Origin: Bordetella parapertussis
GTDB lineage: Bacteria; Pseudomonadota; Gammaproteobacteria; Burkholderiales; JACQAP01
Reading direction: 5' to 3'
Assembly (NCBI GenBank): GCA_945900965.1
Contig: CAMDKM010000007.1
Span: forward strand, 17,732-81,731
DNA length: 64,000 nt
The position numbers and the translations under genes are program-made. The notes under the pieces are model-generated. The model had not been told where the DNA came from. It saw nothing but the letters and a program-made list of their open reading frames with translations, and did not search any database. Positions 19,524 to 29,181 of this stretch are shown in pieces (positions within the stretch are counted from its first letter, which is position 1; every line of letters starts with the position of its first letter).

Positions 19524-20417
19524 GTGGGCTTATCCTCCCTCTACCGCGGGCGATTCGCCCCTACGCCTTCTGGTCCCCTGCACTTTGGATCGATGGTGGC
19601 GGCCGTCGGAAGTTATCTCGATGCCCGGTCTTACGCAGGCATGTGGGAAATTCGCATCGACGATTTTGACTGGCCTAGGGTGGTACCGGGCGCGGCCGAT
19701 GCCATCCTGCGGTGTTTACAGGCATTCGGCATGCACTGGGACGGCGAGCCGGTGTTTCAGAGTCGCCGCGCCGGCGCCTATCATGCGGCGCTTCACCGCC
19801 TGCGGCAACGCGAACTGCTCTATCCGTGTGCATGCAGCCGACGCGACATCGGAGAAGCCGGGAATTCCGGTATCGAGGGGCCGGTGTATCCAGGCACATG
19901 CCGGGAGGCGCTTGCCGGGGATCGACCGGCGCGCGCCTTGCGGGTACGAACGGGTGAAGCGCGGGTCGCCTTTTTGGATCGGCTGCAGGGACCGGTCGAA
20001 CAAGAGCTCACGCAAGGGGTCGGCGACTTCGTGTTGTATCGTTCCGACCGGATTTATTCCTATCATCTCGCCTGCGCCGTGGACGACGCGGCACAAGGCA
20101 TCACCCATGTGGTGCGCGGCGCCGATCTGATTGCTTCCACACCAAGGCAGATATACCTTCAGCAATTGCTCGATCTGCCCACACCGGCCTACTTGCACCT
20201 GCCGTTGGCCACCCACCCCGGCGGCGAAAAACTTTCAAAACAAACCCGGGCGCCTGCGGTCAATACCGCTGACCCCGCACCAACCCTGCGCAAAATACTT
20301 GAGTTTCTCGGACACTCTGCGCCGGACCATTTCAACACACTTGACAAGCTTTGGCCCTGGGCGATCGCAAATTGGCGCATTGAAAATATCCCCGGCACAT
20401 CGCGAAGTATTTCCTGA
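19524..20417 (+). CDS. gluQ: glutamyl-Q tRNA(Asp) synthetase
   Basis: YRGRFAPTPSGPLHFGS, YPCACSR, THVVRGADL, KLSKQ; lacks an anticodon domain. Confidence 0.93.
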   Translation: MGLSSLYRGRFAPTPSGPLHFGSMVAAVGSYLDARSYAGMWEIRIDDFDWPRVVPGAADAILRCLQAFGMHWDGEPVFQSRRAGAYHAALHRLRQRELLYPCACSRRDIGEAGNSGIEGPVYPGTCREALAGDRPARALRVRTGEARVAFLDRLQGPVEQELTQGVGDFVLYRSDRIYSYHLACAVDDAAQGITHVVRGADLIASTPRQIYLQQLLDLPTPAYLHLPLATHPGGEKLSKQTRAPAVNTADPAPTLRKILEFLGHSAPDHFNTLDKLWPWAIANWRIENIPGTSRSIS

Positions 20418-20497
20418 ATTTGCGAAAAACCCGTTTTCCGCCCCCTGTGCGCTTACGCCCTGGCAAACTGTTCGGACAGACCTGCGCGTCCTCCACG

Positions 20498-22432
20498 TCA
20501 GTGCAGAGCTGGGTTGATCCCGGCCGTTACCGCGACCAGCACCCGATTCCGGCCCATTTCCTTGGCACGACGCACCGCGCCCTCGCCCGCGTGCAGGGTA
20601 TTCTCGAAACGTGCATCGCTCTGGTGGTGTTCCGCGATGCCGACACTGATCGTCACGCGGATGGAAGTCCCCCCCACCTTTATCACCTGGTTTGCCACAG
20701 CCTGGCGCATCCGGTCCGCAAGTAACATCGCGGTCGACAGATCCGCGCCAGGGCAAACCACCAAGAACATGTCTCCGCCCAGACAGCCCACCACGTCCCC
20801 CGCACGCGCCCACTGTCGAAGGCCCTCGGCAACCTGGCGAAGCACTTCCTCGCCGGAGGCAGAACCATAACTGTGATTGACCTGCCGGAGCGCATCGATA
20901 TCAACAACCATCAAACTCAACGGTGTCCGGTTTTGGATGCTCGCCTCGCATTCCTTGGCCGCTCGCTCCAACACCTGCCGCCGGCTCGGCAGACCGGTCG
21001 GCGTATCGATAAGCGCCATCTGTTGCAGGCGCCGGTTGCTGAGTGCCAACTCGGCTGCCATCCTGTCAAATGTCGCTTTTCCTTTCTGGACTTCGTCCCG
21101 TAGGCGCACCGCTCGAGTGGAAGCGCGCAAGCGGGCAGTTAAAACTTTGGGATTAAAGGGCTTGGTCAGATAGTCGTCCACTCCAGCTTCGAATGCTTCG
21201 GTTACCTCGTCTTCATGGCCCAGGCTGGTAATCAGCACGAAATAAGTTCCGGCACCCTGTTCTGTCTGGCGAAGGGATCGGCAAATTTCCAGACCTGACA
21301 TATCGGGCATGATCCAGTCGGAAATCACCAGTTGCGGATTTCGATCGACCGCCAAAGTCAATGCCGATTTCCCGTTCTCCGCGACGAACACCCGATGGCC
21401 CTCCCGGGTCAATATTTGCTCCAGTATTTCCCGGATTTTTTTGTCATCCTCCGCCACCAGGATATCGAGAGATTCCATCCGTTCAGGGGATCGAACGACT
21501 TGCGGCGCTGCTTCCGCCGCGGCCGCGGCGAGCTTGGAAAAACTTCCCAAAACGTTGGTGCGTACTTCGAGGATTTTTCCCCATTCAACCCAGTCTGCCG
21601 CCACCTGATCAACCATCGGCGCCAGGGCCTGGTCATCCAAACCGAGCTGCGCCGCGTCCGAGGCCAGCATCTGGATTTGCTCCTTGCGACCCTCGTCCGT
21701 CGCCACGCAGTAGCTCCCAACTCTTGCCGCGACGCAAATCAATCTGGTCATGCTTCGTTCGCGCGATCCCAGTGGCGCCGGAGACGATTCGGCGGCCTCA
21801 TGATGGAGCACCGCATCGACGAACAGTTTCGGCAACCGCCAGTCTTCCAGCAATGCGGCGCAAAGCTCATTGTGATCGGTGCCCAGTTGCTGTTTTTCCA
21901 ATTCGATGCGTTGACTGCGCGGCACATCGCGTGTGGCATCAATGACCGCCGCATATTCTTTCGGGTAGAGCGATGCCAGCGCCAGACTTCCCACATCGGA
22001 CAAAAGGCCACAAGTGAACGCCTCCTCTGCAGCCGTGATACCCGTGCGAAGGCAAAAGGCATTGGCGGCAATGGCGGTGGCCAATGCGCGCGACCAGAAT
22101 CGTGGATAGTCAAAACTCGGGCAGGCACCTTTACGATGTGCCCCCATGACCGAAAAACCAAGGACCAGGTGCCGCACTGTACTCAGGCCAATGCGTTGAA
22201 TCGCCTCCGTTACCGCCGCGACAGGCCGGTTACGGGAACCGATCAGCGCACTGTTGGCAAACTTGATCAGCCTGCCGGTGAGCGCGGGGTCGGCCCGGAC
22301 AGTTTTGGCAATCTCTTCGATCGCCACGTCTTCCTTTCGCGTCAATTCCATCAGACGCAGAGCCACGCCCGTGGGCGAAGGCAATTTTCCTGCTGCCTTC
22401 AACTCATCGAAGTCGTTTTTTGATATTCCCAT
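20498..22432 (-). CDS. HDOD-REC-GGDEF signalling protein (GGDEF degenerate)
   Basis: LPSP...DPALTGRLIKFANS HDOD; AEDD/SDWIMP/KP receiver; C-terminal GGDMF. Confidence 0.88.
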   Translation of the reverse strand: MGISKNDFDELKAAGKLPSPTGVALRLMELTRKEDVAIEEIAKTVRADPALTGRLIKFANSALIGSRNRPVAAVTEAIQRIGLSTVRHLVLGFSVMGAHRKGACPSFDYPRFWSRALATAIAANAFCLRTGITAAEEAFTCGLLSDVGSLALASLYPKEYAAVIDATRDVPRSQRIELEKQQLGTDHNELCAALLEDWRLPKLFVDAVLHHEAAESSPAPLGSRERSMTRLICVAARVGSYCVATDEGRKEQIQMLASDAAQLGLDDQALAPMVDQVAADWVEWGKILEVRTNVLGSFSKLAAAAAEAAPQVVRSPERMESLDILVAEDDKKIREILEQILTREGHRVFVAENGKSALTLAVDRNPQLVISDWIMPDMSGLEICRSLRQTEQGAGTYFVLITSLGHEDEVTEAFEAGVDDYLTKPFNPKVLTARLRASTRAVRLRDEVQKGKATFDRMAAELALSNRRLQQMALIDTPTGLPSRRQVLERAAKECEASIQNRTPLSLMVVDIDALRQVNHSYGSASGEEVLRQVAEGLRQWARAGDVVGCLGGDMFLVVCPGADLSTAMLLADRMRQAVANQVIKVGGTSIRVTISVGIAEHHQSDARFENTLHAGEGAVRRAKEMGRNRVLVAVTAGINPALH

Positions 22433-22521
22433 GGAATGCCGGCCTATCTGGGTTGCGTTGCCTGGAGGTACCAGGACTCAATAAAACCGTCAGGGCTCCC
22501 GAGGAAGCCCGGGTAGTATGG

Positions 22522-22548
22522 ATATCGGACCTCGGCAACCGATCTTTA
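22522..22548 (-). promoter_or_regulatory. putative sigma-28 (FliA) promoter
   Basis: TAAA-N15-TCCGATAT on the minus strand about 90 nt upstream of the HDOD gene; consensus is TAAA-N15-GCCGATAA. Confidence 0.5.
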
Positions 22549-22570
22549 GCGCGGATGCGCCAGGTGCCAG

Positions 22571-23656
22571 CTACTGATCAGGCGTCTGCGCGGGCAATAA
22601 TGCCTTGAGCCGGGGGGGCAACACGTAGTCGGGATGACGACGCACGAATTCGGAAACGCGAGTCCGCGCCAGTGATGTTTTGCCTTCCCGTAGCAGTTGT
22701 TCGATGGCAGCAATCTCGCGCCCGGGCGAATCCGATGCAACCAATGCCTGCAGGGAAGGTGCCGCGACAGACTTCTCGGCGCTCATCTGGGATGTACCCG
22801 ACACCGGAGCGAGCGACGCACGCTTGCGCTTTTCGGCTTCTGCCGGGGACGAATCCGCCCCCTTCGACAGATCCGCATCCGCCAGAGTATTAACCCTCTG
22901 ATCCGCTCGATCACCGGCCCTTTTTTCGATCTCAATAACTTCACTTGTCGCTGGGGCGGCGGCGACACTCTTAGCATGTGGCATTGCAGGAGGTTCGCTC
23001 GCCGGCATTTCTTTTCGCGGCACAGTCGCGGAATCCGCGACAACGGAAGACTTCGACCACTTTGCCTCTTCCAATACATCAACCGGGGCTTTACTGGCAT
23101 GCGCCGCCGATGGTTCAGATTGACGAACCCCGCTCGAGGCCACACCCTGCTCAAACTCCCGGCGTACGCCTTTCTTGAGGACCGGGGCGGCGTTGCCACG
23201 CGCGCCTTGAAACTCGCCGGGTGTACCGCTTTCCTGATTCTTTGCCAGAGGACGCTGCGGGACCGGTGCATTCATCTCGCCCATCGATTGACCGCTCTCC
23301 GCCTTCAATGCAGGCGCCGCTGGTCTAGCCAGCTCGGCCACCGTCACGGACGCCTCCGGTGGTAGCAGTGCCTTGGCGTCTCTTCTGTCCTCTGTCCTCT
23401 GTCCTCTGTCTTCTGGTTCCGGTGGCTCGTTTTCCCGCATCAGAAATACCAGCGAGACACCAATTATCAGCATTGCGGCCGCGGAAAGCGGCACCTGCCA
23501 TGAGCGCGACGGTTTATGAGTCGTCTGGCGAGCGGCAGAGAGTATTGCATCGTCAAGCCGCTGCGGTGGCAGCGCCTGCGCGCTTGCGCGATATAGACGC
23601 GCTACTTCCGCGCCCTCGCGCTCCATCTCCAGATCCTCAGGCGACATCGGCTTCAT
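22571..23656 (-). CDS. putative anti-sigma factor (single TM, low-complexity C-terminal region)
   Basis: PPQRLDDAILSAAR, W..PLSAAA TM segment; overlaps the ECF sigma stop. Confidence 0.7.
   Translation of the reverse strand: MKPMSPEDLEMEREGAEVARLYRASAQALPPQRLDDAILSAARQTTHKPSRSWQVPLSAAAMLIIGVSLVFLMRENEPPEPEDRGQRTEDRRDAKALLPPEASVTVAELARPAAPALKAESGQSMGEMNAPVPQRPLAKNQESGTPGEFQGARGNAAPVLKKGVRREFEQGVASSGVRQSEPSAAHASKAPVDVLEEAKWSKSSVVADSATVPRKEMPASEPPAMPHAKSVAAAPATSEVIEIEKRAGDRADQRVNTLADADLSKGADSSPAEAEKRKRASLAPVSGTSQMSAEKSVAAPSLQALVASDSPGREIAAIEQLLREGKTSLARTRVSEFVRRHPDYVLPPRLKALLPAQTPDQ
23384..23418. repeat. TCTGTCC heptamer tandem repeat inside the anti-sigma CDS
   Basis: TCTGTCC x3 + TCTGTCT + TCTGGTT, translated as EDRGQRTEDRR. 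Confidence 0.85.
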
Positions 23657-24248
23657 AGCTCATCGATTCCCGTAATCTTGCCAACGCATAACGCAGACGG
23701 CTCTTGACCGTTTCCCGTCCCGTACCGGTCACCTCGGCAATTTCTTCCAGGGACAATCCCCCCTCCTGTTGCAAAAGAAACGCTTCGCGCTGCTCGGCGG
23801 GAAGGGTGGCCAGGGCCTGCAACAATGCCCGCGCCGACTGCCGCGCCATCGCCGCGCGTTCAGGCTGATCGTGGACCGGACCGGCAACCTCCAAGGGTTC
23901 TTCCGGATCCTCATCAAGGGAAATAAGTTGCAGGGGCGGACGGCTGCGAAAATGGTCGATCACACAATTGTGAGCCACGTGATACAAAAAGGTAGCGAAT
24001 CGGGCCTCGACCCGATAACGCGAGCGGGCCCCGACGATACGAATCCAGATTTCCTGGAATACCTCCTCGGCCGCCGAGCGCAACCCAATCTGGCGCATGA
24101 CGTAACGAAACACGCCTCCACGATGACGGCCATATAACTCTTCGAATGCCCGCACGTCCCCCCCGCCATAGCGCAACATGAGTTGTTCGTCGGGAACGGG
24201 TTCAGTCGTCACGGCAGGCAGTCTAGCGCGGCTCGGAAAAACCAACAC
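23637..24248 (-). CDS. ECF RNA polymerase sigma factor
   Basis: AFEELYGRH, AEEVFQEIW, FATFLYHVAHN, LSLEEIA...ETVKSRLRYA; start uncertain. Confidence 0.92.
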   Translation of the reverse strand: MLVFPSRARLPAVTTEPVPDEQLMLRYGGGDVRAFEELYGRHRGGVFRYVMRQIGLRSAAEEVFQEIWIRIVGARSRYRVEARFATFLYHVAHNCVIDHFRSRPPLQLISLDEDPEEPLEVAGPVHDQPERAAMARQSARALLQALATLPAEQREAFLLQQEGGLSLEEIAEVTGTGRETVKSRLRYALARLRESMSYEADVA

Positions 24249-24482
24249 CCTGACAAACGCTCACCACCAATAACACCGATGACGCGGAAACGTCCATCGC
24301 TTGCACAAGGTCACACTTACTCATGCGATGTTACGCGACTGCCCGCGATCGACTGCAAGGGCACATCCAGACCATTCATGAACATCTCCCTCGAATTTCC
24401 TCCGCGTCCTTAAGGCGCAGCACTTACGGCCGAAGCTGCCGCGTCCTCTGCGGTGAGTGCGGCTTTTTTGGGCGACATATCC

Positions 24483-25223
24483 TCACCCCCTTCCAGGCGG
24501 ATCGGGCACAAACTCCCCGGGAAAGGGCGCCGGCCATTTTTCGCGCTCACGGATCACGCCGCGTGCCACCAGATTTACATAGGTGTCGTAATGAATTGCA
24601 ATAATTTCCGAAGGCGAATCGGACTCGCGTTCGAATTCGACGTATCGCGCGTGCGCCGTTTGCTGACGCCCATGACCGGTGCCGATCGATTTTTCGGCTG
24701 TCCGCGGTGCCGACGCATCGGCCGAACCCCGCGAGGCACCACTTTCGGCCTTGAAAGCCGGCTCGTCGAGGTCCGCCAGGGGCTCGGCTTTGCGGCGAAA
24801 TAACGCCACACCAATTACCCCGACATTGTCAGGGCGGCCTGTGCGCACTGCATAGGAAGTGCCCAGATCGGTGAAGAAAAATGCGGCAACCTTCTCCAGA
24901 CTCTTGCGCCAACCCGCGATCGACAATGATCCGTGCTGTCCGATCACGTAACCGCTCTGGGTAGGCGCCGCCGTCTCTCCACTCACGACATTGACCCCAT
25001 CGACCGAAGCCAAGGCGAGCAAGTCACCGCCGCTACGATTGCGAATCACGATCCGATATTCGCTGCCAGGATTGCCGGCGACAAACCACCTCCCGCCACT
25101 TTGATACACAGGCAAGGGACGTCCGGTGGCCTGATCGATGAGCTCGACTTTGGCGAGGTTGCCGACCGCCAACGCACTGGCTCCGGGCAGAAAAAAACAC
25201 AGGAAAAGAATCAGATGCCGCAT
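24483..25223 (-). CDS. conserved exported protein upstream of the ECF sigma gene
   Basis: Signal peptide; SVDGVNVVSG, IAGWRKS, NVGVIGVALF, IGTGHG. Confidence 0.75.
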   Translation of the reverse strand: MRHLILFLCFFLPGASALAVGNLAKVELIDQATGRPLPVYQSGGRWFVAGNPGSEYRIVIRNRSGGDLLALASVDGVNVVSGETAAPTQSGYVIGQHGSLSIAGWRKSLEKVAAFFFTDLGTSYAVRTGRPDNVGVIGVALFRRKAEPLADLDEPAFKAESGASRGSADASAPRTAEKSIGTGHGRQQTAHARYVEFERESDSPSEIIAIHYDTYVNLVARGVIREREKWPAPFPGEFVPDPPGRG

Positions 25224-25295
25224 AGTGTTCTCCGTTATTGAACTGGAACACCGGCTATAAACGGCAGGAGTGGGGAAAAGGGGTTGATGGAATTC

Positions 25296-25368
25296 GGTGA
25301 GGGGTCAGGAGTGAAGAGTCAGGGGTGAGGGGCGGCCAGTGACGGGTGACAGGTGACGGGAGACAGGT
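25296..25368. repeat. degenerate heptamer arrays (GGTGAGG-type and GTGACGG-type)
   Basis: ggtgagg ggtcagg agtgaag agtcagg ggtgagg; gtgacgg gtgacag gtgacgg gagacag. Confidence 0.7.
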
Positions 25369-25458
25369 TAAGCCCCTTTGAAGCGCACCAACGCAATTTT
25401 CACTGGCGGAAGTGGCAATTGGCCTTTATTGATTAAGGATGAAGACCGGCGTCCCGCA

Positions 25459-25839
25459 TCACCCGTGACGGCCGGTTTTGACGAACTCCAACGAGGTCTG
25501 GAACAGGGCAAGGTCCTTTTCGTAATCGGCGGCATTGGCGCAATTGATCTGTATCCATTCCCGGGTGCTGGATAATCCCCTCGGCTGAAACGAGACAACA
25601 TCGTTTCGCGAGAACTGCAATTCCGTTGCAACGGCGGCCGGCAGGCGCAGCCCCACTCCTTCGCCGCTTATGCAGGCGAACATCTTGTCGCTGACGAAAT
25701 AGGCATCCAGGCCATTGAGTTTTCTGGTGCTGGCCCCGGGGAGTTTAAGAAGCAAGGCGTCGATTTGAGCCTTGCGGTTGGAACCGGTGGTATCGGCAGT
25801 CAAGGGCAGATCCGTATCTGTTGTCGTAAAAAGAACCAT
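25459..25839 (-). CDS. TfoX-N/MmcQ-YjbR-like protein
   Basis: AYFVSDKMFACI, GVGLRLP, REWIQI; start uncertain. Confidence 0.6.
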   Translation of the reverse strand: MVLFTTTDTDLPLTADTTGSNRKAQIDALLLKLPGASTRKLNGLDAYFVSDKMFACISGEGVGLRLPAAVATELQFSRNDVVSFQPRGLSSTREWIQINCANAADYEKDLALFQTSLEFVKTGRHG

Positions 25840-25886
25840 TTAATCATATACGCCATACCCCAGGATTTTTCTCCGATTTGCAAAGT

Positions 25887-26774
25887 CTATCGTTTGGCCA
25901 ACGCCAGCACGGCGTCCACCACTGCCCCCGGCATCTCGCGAGAGAGGAAATGCCCGGCAACGGGAATCAGCTTTCTCTCATACGGCCCGCTGAAGAAGCG
26001 CGAATGTTTTTCCGATTGTTCCGGGGGGCCCACACCATCACAGGCGCCGTGCAACACCACGGTCGGCACGGAAATCGCAGGCTGGGCCGCGAGCCTTTGT
26101 TCGATATCCTGGTACTGGGCAATCCCGGACGCATTGCCGTAGCGATGTCGGTAGGAATGAATCGTCACCTCGACAAAATCCGGATTGTCGAAACTCGGCG
26201 CGGTGGCCTCAAACGTGGCGTCATCAAAATGCCAGTTCGGCGACCACTGGCGCCATAGCAACCTGGAGATCTCCCGGCGATTTTTTGCCAGCCCCGCTCG
26301 CCCGCGTTCGGTATGAAAGTACCACTGATACCAGAAACGATGCTCCTGCGCCGCATCCGTCGGCTCCCCGGCCCGGGGGATGTTCTGAATCGCGTAACCA
26401 TTGATCGTCACCAGCCCACGCACGCGCTCGGGCCACAACGCCGCCACCACACAGGCCGCACGTCCGCCCCAGTCATACCCAGCCAGCAAAGCTTGTTTGA
26501 TACCCAGGGCATCCATAAAGTCGCGCAGGTCCGCCCCGATGGCGCCTTGTTGACCCGACCGTAGCGTGCTCGAATCGCGAAACCGGGTCGCACCGAAACC
26601 ACGCAGCCAGGGCACCAGCACCCGGTATCCAGCGGCGGCAAGAGGCGGCGCGACGCCATCCCAATCGTGCACATCGGAGGGCCAGCCGTGTAGCAAAATG
26701 ACCGGCGAACCGTGGCGCGGGCCGCTTTCCAGGTAGGCAATATCGAGCGTAGGGGTGCGGATAGTTAGGTTCAT
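25887..26774 (-). CDS. alpha/beta hydrolase (epoxide hydrolase-like)
   Basis: LHGWP, GYDWGG nucleophile elbow, LHGACD, GHF. Confidence 0.9.
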   Translation of the reverse strand: MNLTIRTPTLDIAYLESGPRHGSPVILLHGWPSDVHDWDGVAPPLAAAGYRVLVPWLRGFGATRFRDSSTLRSGQQGAIGADLRDFMDALGIKQALLAGYDWGGRAACVVAALWPERVRGLVTINGYAIQNIPRAGEPTDAAQEHRFWYQWYFHTERGRAGLAKNRREISRLLWRQWSPNWHFDDATFEATAPSFDNPDFVEVTIHSYRHRYGNASGIAQYQDIEQRLAAQPAISVPTVVLHGACDGVGPPEQSEKHSRFFSGPYERKLIPVAGHFLSREMPGAVVDAVLALAKR

Positions 26775-26980
26775 CGTGTTCTTTTACGAAATAGATCGCT
26801 CAATTTCCGCGTTGGAAAGGCCCAGCCTACACAAACTACGCCCGGACGTCAGCTTCCCGAATCGAAATAACCTAGAAGGCTATTGCCGCCGATTCTCAAT
26901 GGCACACCATGCGTCCTTCTGTTGCAGGGGCGGTCTCCGGCTTTGTGGACTTGTCTGCGTGCAGGCGGTAAAGTTTGTCC

Positions 26981-27232
26981 ATGTACAGTTTGCGTTTTAA
27001 TCGCCCCGTGGTTATATCCACTCATGCCAGAATTCGCATGGTGGAGCGCGGTGTCGGCGAAGACCTGTTGCTGGAAATAATTGACTCCGGTGAAGCCCGA
27101 TACAAAGATGCCACGCACTTGTAGATGTTTAAGGCGTTTCCGTCGCGGCAGGATAATCTGCTATGCGCGGTGCTGATATTGGAGAACCAGGTTGTCGTTA
27201 AAACCGTGATGCACCATTTCACCGTCTTGTAG
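26981..27232 (+). pseudogene. DUF4258-like (RelE-fold) toxin interrupted by an in-frame TAG
   Basis: Manual translation MYSLRFNRPVVISTHARIRMVERGV...KDATHL*MFKAFPSRQDNLLCAVLILENQVVVKTVMHHFTVL*; HA..RM.ER and V.VKTV motifs; TAG at 27122-27124. Confidence 0.75.
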
Positions 27233-27241
27233 GAGAACACC

Positions 27242-27439
27242 TTGCACACCACATATTACGACGAAGACGATATTCTCGTCATCCACCTGTCCGACAAGCC
27301 CATTGCGCGCGAGGTTTCGCAAGATTGGAACACGCATATCAGCTACGCAGCGGATGGAAGCGCCGTCGAAGTCGTGCTCTTGGAGGCAAGCGTCAACGGC
27401 GCGTATCCTTTCGCGGTTCAACACTCGCGGGCGGCGTGA
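27242..27439 (+). CDS. DUF2283 domain protein (putative antitoxin)
   Basis: YYDEDDILVIHLS...VEVVLLEAS; AGGAG RBS overlaps the upstream stop. Confidence 0.8.
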   Translation: MHTTYYDEDDILVIHLSDKPIAREVSQDWNTHISYAADGSAVEVVLLEASVNGAYPFAVQHSRAA

Positions 27440-27469
27440 ATTCAGTCCCGGCCCTGTCAGGAGTGGCCA

Positions 27470-29143
27470 TTGAAGAACCCACCAACAGAAATCCAGAATA
27501 GCAGCGCCGGTACGGCCTCCGGGGGAAAATTTGACGTCATCGTCGTCGGCGGAGGCGTCGGTGGCCTCTACGCGCTGTATCGCCTTCGCAATATGGGCTT
27601 GCGGGTGCGTGTTTATGAAGCCGGCAGCGGAGTGGGCGGCACCTGGTTCTGGAATCGCTATCCCGGCGCGCGCTGCGACGTGGAAAGCATGGAGTACTCC
27701 TATTCCTTTTCCGAAGAACTTCAACAGGAATGGCAGTGGCCCGAGCGCTATGGCACGCAGCCCGAGATTCTGCGCTACATCAACCATGTCGCGGAGCGCT
27801 TCGACCTGCTGCGCGACGTGCAATTGAATACCCGGGTGGTGTCGGCCCTGTTCGATGAAACATGCAATCACTGGATCATCACCACGAATCGCGGCGAGGT
27901 CGTGAGCGCGCCCTTTTGCGTCATGGCGACCGGCAACCTTTCGGCACCGCGCGTGCCGAATTTCAAGGGTCTGGATCGCTTTCAGGGCAAGTGGTATCAC
28001 ACCGGCCTGTGGCCGCACGGGGGTGTGGACTTCACCGGTTTGCGCGTGGCGGTGATTGGCACCGGCTCCTCAGGCGTGCAGATGATTCCGCATATCGCCC
28101 AACAGGCCAAACATCTGCATGTCTTCCAGCGCACCGCGAATTACAGCCTTCCGGCGAAAAATGCCCCGCTCGATCCGGAAAAAGTCCGCCACCACAAGGC
28201 CGAATATCCTGCCCGCAGAAAGGCCGCCTTCGACACGCCTTTTGGCATCGCCGGTCACCCCCCGCCCACCAAGTCTGCTCTGGAGGCCACGCCCGAAGAG
28301 CGCCAGCGCGTCTACGAGGCGAAATGGAACGCCGGCGGCAGCATCAGCTTCCTGTATTCCTACACCGACCTGCTGGTCAACAAGGCGGCCAACGACACCG
28401 CCTCCGAATTCGTATGGCAGAAAATCCGCAGCATCGTGCGCGACCCGGAAACCTCGGAACTCCTTGCCCCCAAGGATCATCCGATCGGCACCAAGCGCCT
28501 GTGCCTGGATACCAATTACTACGAAACCTACAACCGCGACAACGTCACATTGGTGAACGCGCGCCGCGCGCCGATTGAAGAAATCACGCCGACGGGCTTA
28601 CGCACGCGCGAAGCAGACTACGAATTCGACGCCATCGTGTTTGCGACCGGCTTCGACGCCATGACCGGGGCGCTGGCGGAAATCGACCTGCGTACCAGCG
28701 CTGGCGCGACATTGCGCGAAAAGTGGTCCGCCGGTCCGCGCACTTATCTCGGCTTGATGGTGGCAGGCTTTCCCAACATGTTCCTGATCACCGGCCCCGG
28801 CAGTCCGGGGGTCAAGAGCCAGATGATTCTCGCCTGCGAGCAACATGTTGACTGGATCGGCGATTGCATCGCCCACCTGCGCGCGCGCGGCCTGAACCGC
28901 ATCGAGGCCGACGAGAAAGCGGAGCTGGCCTGGGTCGAACACGTCAACGAAGTTGCCAGTGCCACGCTCTACCCGCTGGCGAACTCCTGGTACATGGGCG
29001 CCAATATTCCCGGCAAGCCGCGCGTGTTCATGCCTTACGTGGGCGGTGTTCCCGCCTATACGAAGCGTGTGCAGGAATCGGTGAAAAACGGCTACCAAGG
29101 CTTTATCCTCGGGGCCATCCACAAGAATGCTCAGGTAGTGTGA
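27470..29143 (+). CDS. Baeyer-Villiger monooxygenase (cyclohexanone monooxygenase family)
   Basis: Two GxGxxG motifs, GGTWFWNRYPGARCD, FQGKWYHTGLWP fingerprint, ATGF. Confidence 0.93.
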   Translation: MKNPPTEIQNSSAGTASGGKFDVIVVGGGVGGLYALYRLRNMGLRVRVYEAGSGVGGTWFWNRYPGARCDVESMEYSYSFSEELQQEWQWPERYGTQPEILRYINHVAERFDLLRDVQLNTRVVSALFDETCNHWIITTNRGEVVSAPFCVMATGNLSAPRVPNFKGLDRFQGKWYHTGLWPHGGVDFTGLRVAVIGTGSSGVQMIPHIAQQAKHLHVFQRTANYSLPAKNAPLDPEKVRHHKAEYPARRKAAFDTPFGIAGHPPPTKSALEATPEERQRVYEAKWNAGGSISFLYSYTDLLVNKAANDTASEFVWQKIRSIVRDPETSELLAPKDHPIGTKRLCLDTNYYETYNRDNVTLVNARRAPIEEITPTGLRTREADYEFDAIVFATGFDAMTGALAEIDLRTSAGATLREKWSAGPRTYLGLMVAGFPNMFLITGPGSPGVKSQMILACEQHVDWIGDCIAHLRARGLNRIEADEKAELAWVEHVNEVASATLYPLANSWYMGANIPGKPRVFMPYVGGVPAYTKRVQESVKNGYQGFILGAIHKNAQVV

Positions 29144-29181
29144 GCAGTACAGGCTTTCGGATTCCGACCTGAACACGCTTC

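Noticed and set aside
27122-27124. Pyrrolysine or programmed read-through of the TAG
   Set aside because: No pyl genes are visible, and other genes here use TAG as a normal stop; a nonsense mutation or sequencing error is simpler.
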